Source: an uncultured Methanoregulaceae archaeon (GTDB lineage: Archaea; Halobacteriota; Methanomicrobia; Methanomicrobiales; Methanospirillaceae). From it: DNA of 64,000 bases. The stretch is taken from the NCBI GenBank assembly GCA_963701095.1, contig OY969564.1, positions 1,440,001 through 1,504,000 of the forward strand, in the 5' to 3' direction. A program made the position numbers and the translations under genes. Shown here piece by piece: positions 61,787-64,000 of the stretch; position 1 is the stretch's first letter; each line of letters opens with the position of its first letter. The notes beneath the pieces were generated by a model that had not been told where the DNA came from, searched no databases, and saw only the letters and a list, made by a program, of their open reading frames with translations.

Positions 61787-62941
61787 ATGCAGGCAGTTAT
61801 TCTTGCGGCAGGAGAAGGACGGCGGGTCCGTCCGCTTACATGGAGCCGGCCAAAAGCTATGATTCCGGTAGCAAACCAACCCATCATTGCTTATACCATC
61901 GATGCACTCGTCACGAACGGAATCCGTGACATCATTGTCGTTGTCGGATATCGTAAGGAACACGTAACCCGTTTCCTGAACCAGCTTGATCTGCCTATTG
62001 ATGTAGTCGTCCAGGAAAAACAGCTCGGAACCGCCCATGCGCTCCAACAGGCAGCATGCAAGATAAACGGGGATTTCCTGTTGCTACCCGGGGATAATTA
62101 CATTGACGCGCAGTCGGTAGCAAAGATCAAGGAAATCAAAAATGCAGTTCTTGTAAAAGAACACCCGAGCCCATCAAATTTTGGGGTTGTTACCGTTCGG
62201 GATGGTCGGGTAGACAGTATTGTAGAGAAGCCGGACAATGCAACGAGTTTTCTCGTAAGTACCGGGATATATTCGCTACCCGCGGACTTTTTCCAGTATA
62301 TCCAGGGAAATGATGTAACAGAGGCAATCTCGTTTATGGTGGAGAGTGGAATTGATGTTCATGCCGTTACCGCAGACGACTGGCAGGATGCGATCTACCC
62401 TTGGGATCTGATCAGGCTGAACCAGCGGCTTCTCCGGCATCTGCCTGCTGCACGGGAAGGAATTGCCAGCCGGCATGCTACGATCCAGGGACCGGTACAC
62501 ATCGGGAAAGGAACAACAATTGGCCCAAATACTGTGATCTCGGGCCCCGTTATTATTGGAAATGATTGTACCATCGGGCCGAATTGCTGTATCTTGCCCA
62601 ATACAAGCATTGGATCGCGGGTGACCGTCGAGCCACTAAGTCTTCTTGGAAACACCATTGTAATGGATGATACCTCAATCGCATCTCATTCCCGGATTAT
62701 GGACTCTATTGTTGGCGAACGATGCGTGCTTGGCGACCATTTATCGACAGCCACCGCTAAGGGGTTCCTGGAAATTGAAGGAAAACCAATCCACTCACAT
62801 TTCGGCGCTATTCTCGGGGATCATGTCGCCTGCGGTTCATTTACCCGCATCCGGAACGGGATGGTCGGGAACAACGTCACTTTTGAAGGAAACCAAGATG
62901 TGATTTCACGTATAATCCCTGACGACACTCTGGTGATATAA
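61787..62941 (+). CDS. second GlmU-like sugar-phosphate nucleotidyltransferase
   Basis: LAAGEGRRVRPLT..RPK, LGTAHA, hexapeptide repeats. Confidence 0.85.
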   Translation: MQAVILAAGEGRRVRPLTWSRPKAMIPVANQPIIAYTIDALVTNGIRDIIVVVGYRKEHVTRFLNQLDLPIDVVVQEKQLGTAHALQQAACKINGDFLLLPGDNYIDAQSVAKIKEIKNAVLVKEHPSPSNFGVVTVRDGRVDSIVEKPDNATSFLVSTGIYSLPADFFQYIQGNDVTEAISFMVESGIDVHAVTADDWQDAIYPWDLIRLNQRLLRHLPAAREGIASRHATIQGPVHIGKGTTIGPNTVISGPVIIGNDCTIGPNCCILPNTSIGSRVTVEPLSLLGNTIVMDDTSIASHSRIMDSIVGERCVLGDHLSTATAKGFLEIEGKPIHSHFGAILGDHVACGSFTRIRNGMVGNNVTFEGNQDVISRIIPDDTLVI

Positions 62942-62942
62942 C

Positions 62943-64000
62943 GTGTGCGGGATTGTCGGTTACATCGGGAGAAGGCAGGCGGCGCCCCTGATTCTTGAGG
63001 GTTTAAAAAAACTCGAATACCGGGGATATGATTCATTTGGGATCGCCACGCTGGAATGTGACCTTGAGGTCGAAAAGCACAAAGGACGGATTTCTGAATA
63101 TTCCGGTGCTCTCCGGTTACAGGGAAACATCGGTATAGGTCACACCCGATGGGCGACTCACGGTATCCCAAATGATATCAACGCACATCCGCACGTTGAC
63201 TGCACTAACCGTATCGCTGTTGTTCATAATGGTATTATAGAAAATTTTACCGAGCTAAAAAAAGCGCTCACGGCCAGGGGTCATACTTTCAGGTCACAAA
63301 CCGATACGGAAGTCGTTGTCCACCTTATCGAGGAGCAATATGGAAAAGGAACAGACCTGTTATCAGCAGTAAGGAAAATACTCCCGGTCCTCAAGGGCTC
63401 ATATGCATTATTGATCATTGCAGTAGGGTCGGACTGCATAATAGCGGCACGCAACGGAAGCCCGCTCGTGCTCGGAATCGGAGACAATGAATATTTCGCA
63501 GCATCAGACATGACGCCGGTACTGGATTATACAGATCGTGCGGTCTTTCTCGAAGACGGCGATACTGCCTGCATGACAAAAAATGGCATCGAAATTTATC
63601 AGGATACGCGTCGGGTCAACCGACCTGTGGAACTCATCGACTGGTCTCCCGAAGAAGTCAGGAAAGGAGGATTTGCCCATTACATGCTCAAGGAGATCTA
63701 CGAGCAACCCCAGGCATTCTTTAACACGTTAAGGGCTGTCGATAAACGTACTCTGCCATCGTTTGTCTGCAAATTTCCCTCAGTGACACTCGTCGCCTGC
63801 GGTTCATCGTACCATACCGGGCTTATATTCAAATATCTGCTTCAAGAATCATGCGGAGTTCCTGTTTTTGTGGATGTTGCCTCGGAGTTCAGGTATTTCC
63901 ACCCGCCACTGGAAGGTCTTGTAATAGGTATAACACAGTCTGGAGAAACTGCAGATACATTGACTGCACTCAAACTTGCGCAAAAACACAATTGCCAGAC
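62943..64000 (+). CDS. glmS: glutamine--fructose-6-phosphate transaminase (isomerizing), 3' end truncated by window
   Basis: GTG start MCGIVGY, LEYRGYDS, GHTRWATHG, HNGIIEN, ACGSSYH, QSGETADT; absent from the ORF track because there is no stop inside the window. Confidence 0.95.
   Translation, partial: MCGIVGYIGRRQAAPLILEGLKKLEYRGYDSFGIATLECDLEVEKHKGRISEYSGALRLQGNIGIGHTRWATHGIPNDINAHPHVDCTNRIAVVHNGIIENFTELKKALTARGHTFRSQTDTEVVVHLIEEQYGKGTDLLSAVRKILPVLKGSYALLIIAVGSDCIIAARNGSPLVLGIGDNEYFAASDMTPVLDYTDRAVFLEDGDTACMTKNGIEIYQDTRRVNRPVELIDWSPEEVRKGGFAHYMLKEIYEQPQAFFNTLRAVDKRTLPSFVCKFPSVTLVACGSSYHTGLIFKYLLQESCGVPVFVDVASEFRYFHPPLEGLVIGITQSGETADTLTALKLAQKHNCQ

Overview
Archaeal methanogen DNA, most consistent with Methanomicrobiales (Methanoregula/Methanospirillum-like). 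Markers: SepRS, archaeal RF1, EF-2 with the diphthamide motif, Taw1, phosphoribulokinase, minimal SufBC. The window has two halves. Positions ~1-36,600 are an accessory stress-type cluster: glycogen phosphorylase, GH57 and GT4 genes, a GAF/PAS histidine kinase with a receiver-(MEDS-like)-PadR regulator, grpE-dnaK-dnaJ, two Hsp20s, old yellow enzyme, a MerA-like disulfide reductase, Fe/Mn-SOD, an MsrA-glutaredoxin fusion with CcdA/thioredoxin, an orphan CheW, ArsC, a calpain-like protease with a surface protein, and others. Positions ~36,700-64,000 are housekeeping genes: rps12-rps7-fusA, queD/E, aRF1, argS, taw1, sepS, prk, mrfAB-like genes, an orphan DNA methyltransferase, sufCB, pcm, glmM, two glmU-like genes and glmS. 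The strongest unannotated signal is a recurring promoter layout: TGTTTCAAA-N3-TGTTTCAAA, then a 22-nt spacer, then a TATA-like box. It occurs upstream of at least six transcription units in the stress half, suggesting a general-stress regulon, possibly driven by the co-located kinase and REC-PadR pair. At least eight genes carry single-base frameshifts. These are probably long-read consensus errors, and several sit at AGCT/GTAC sites. All family calls come from motif recognition only; no searches were run.
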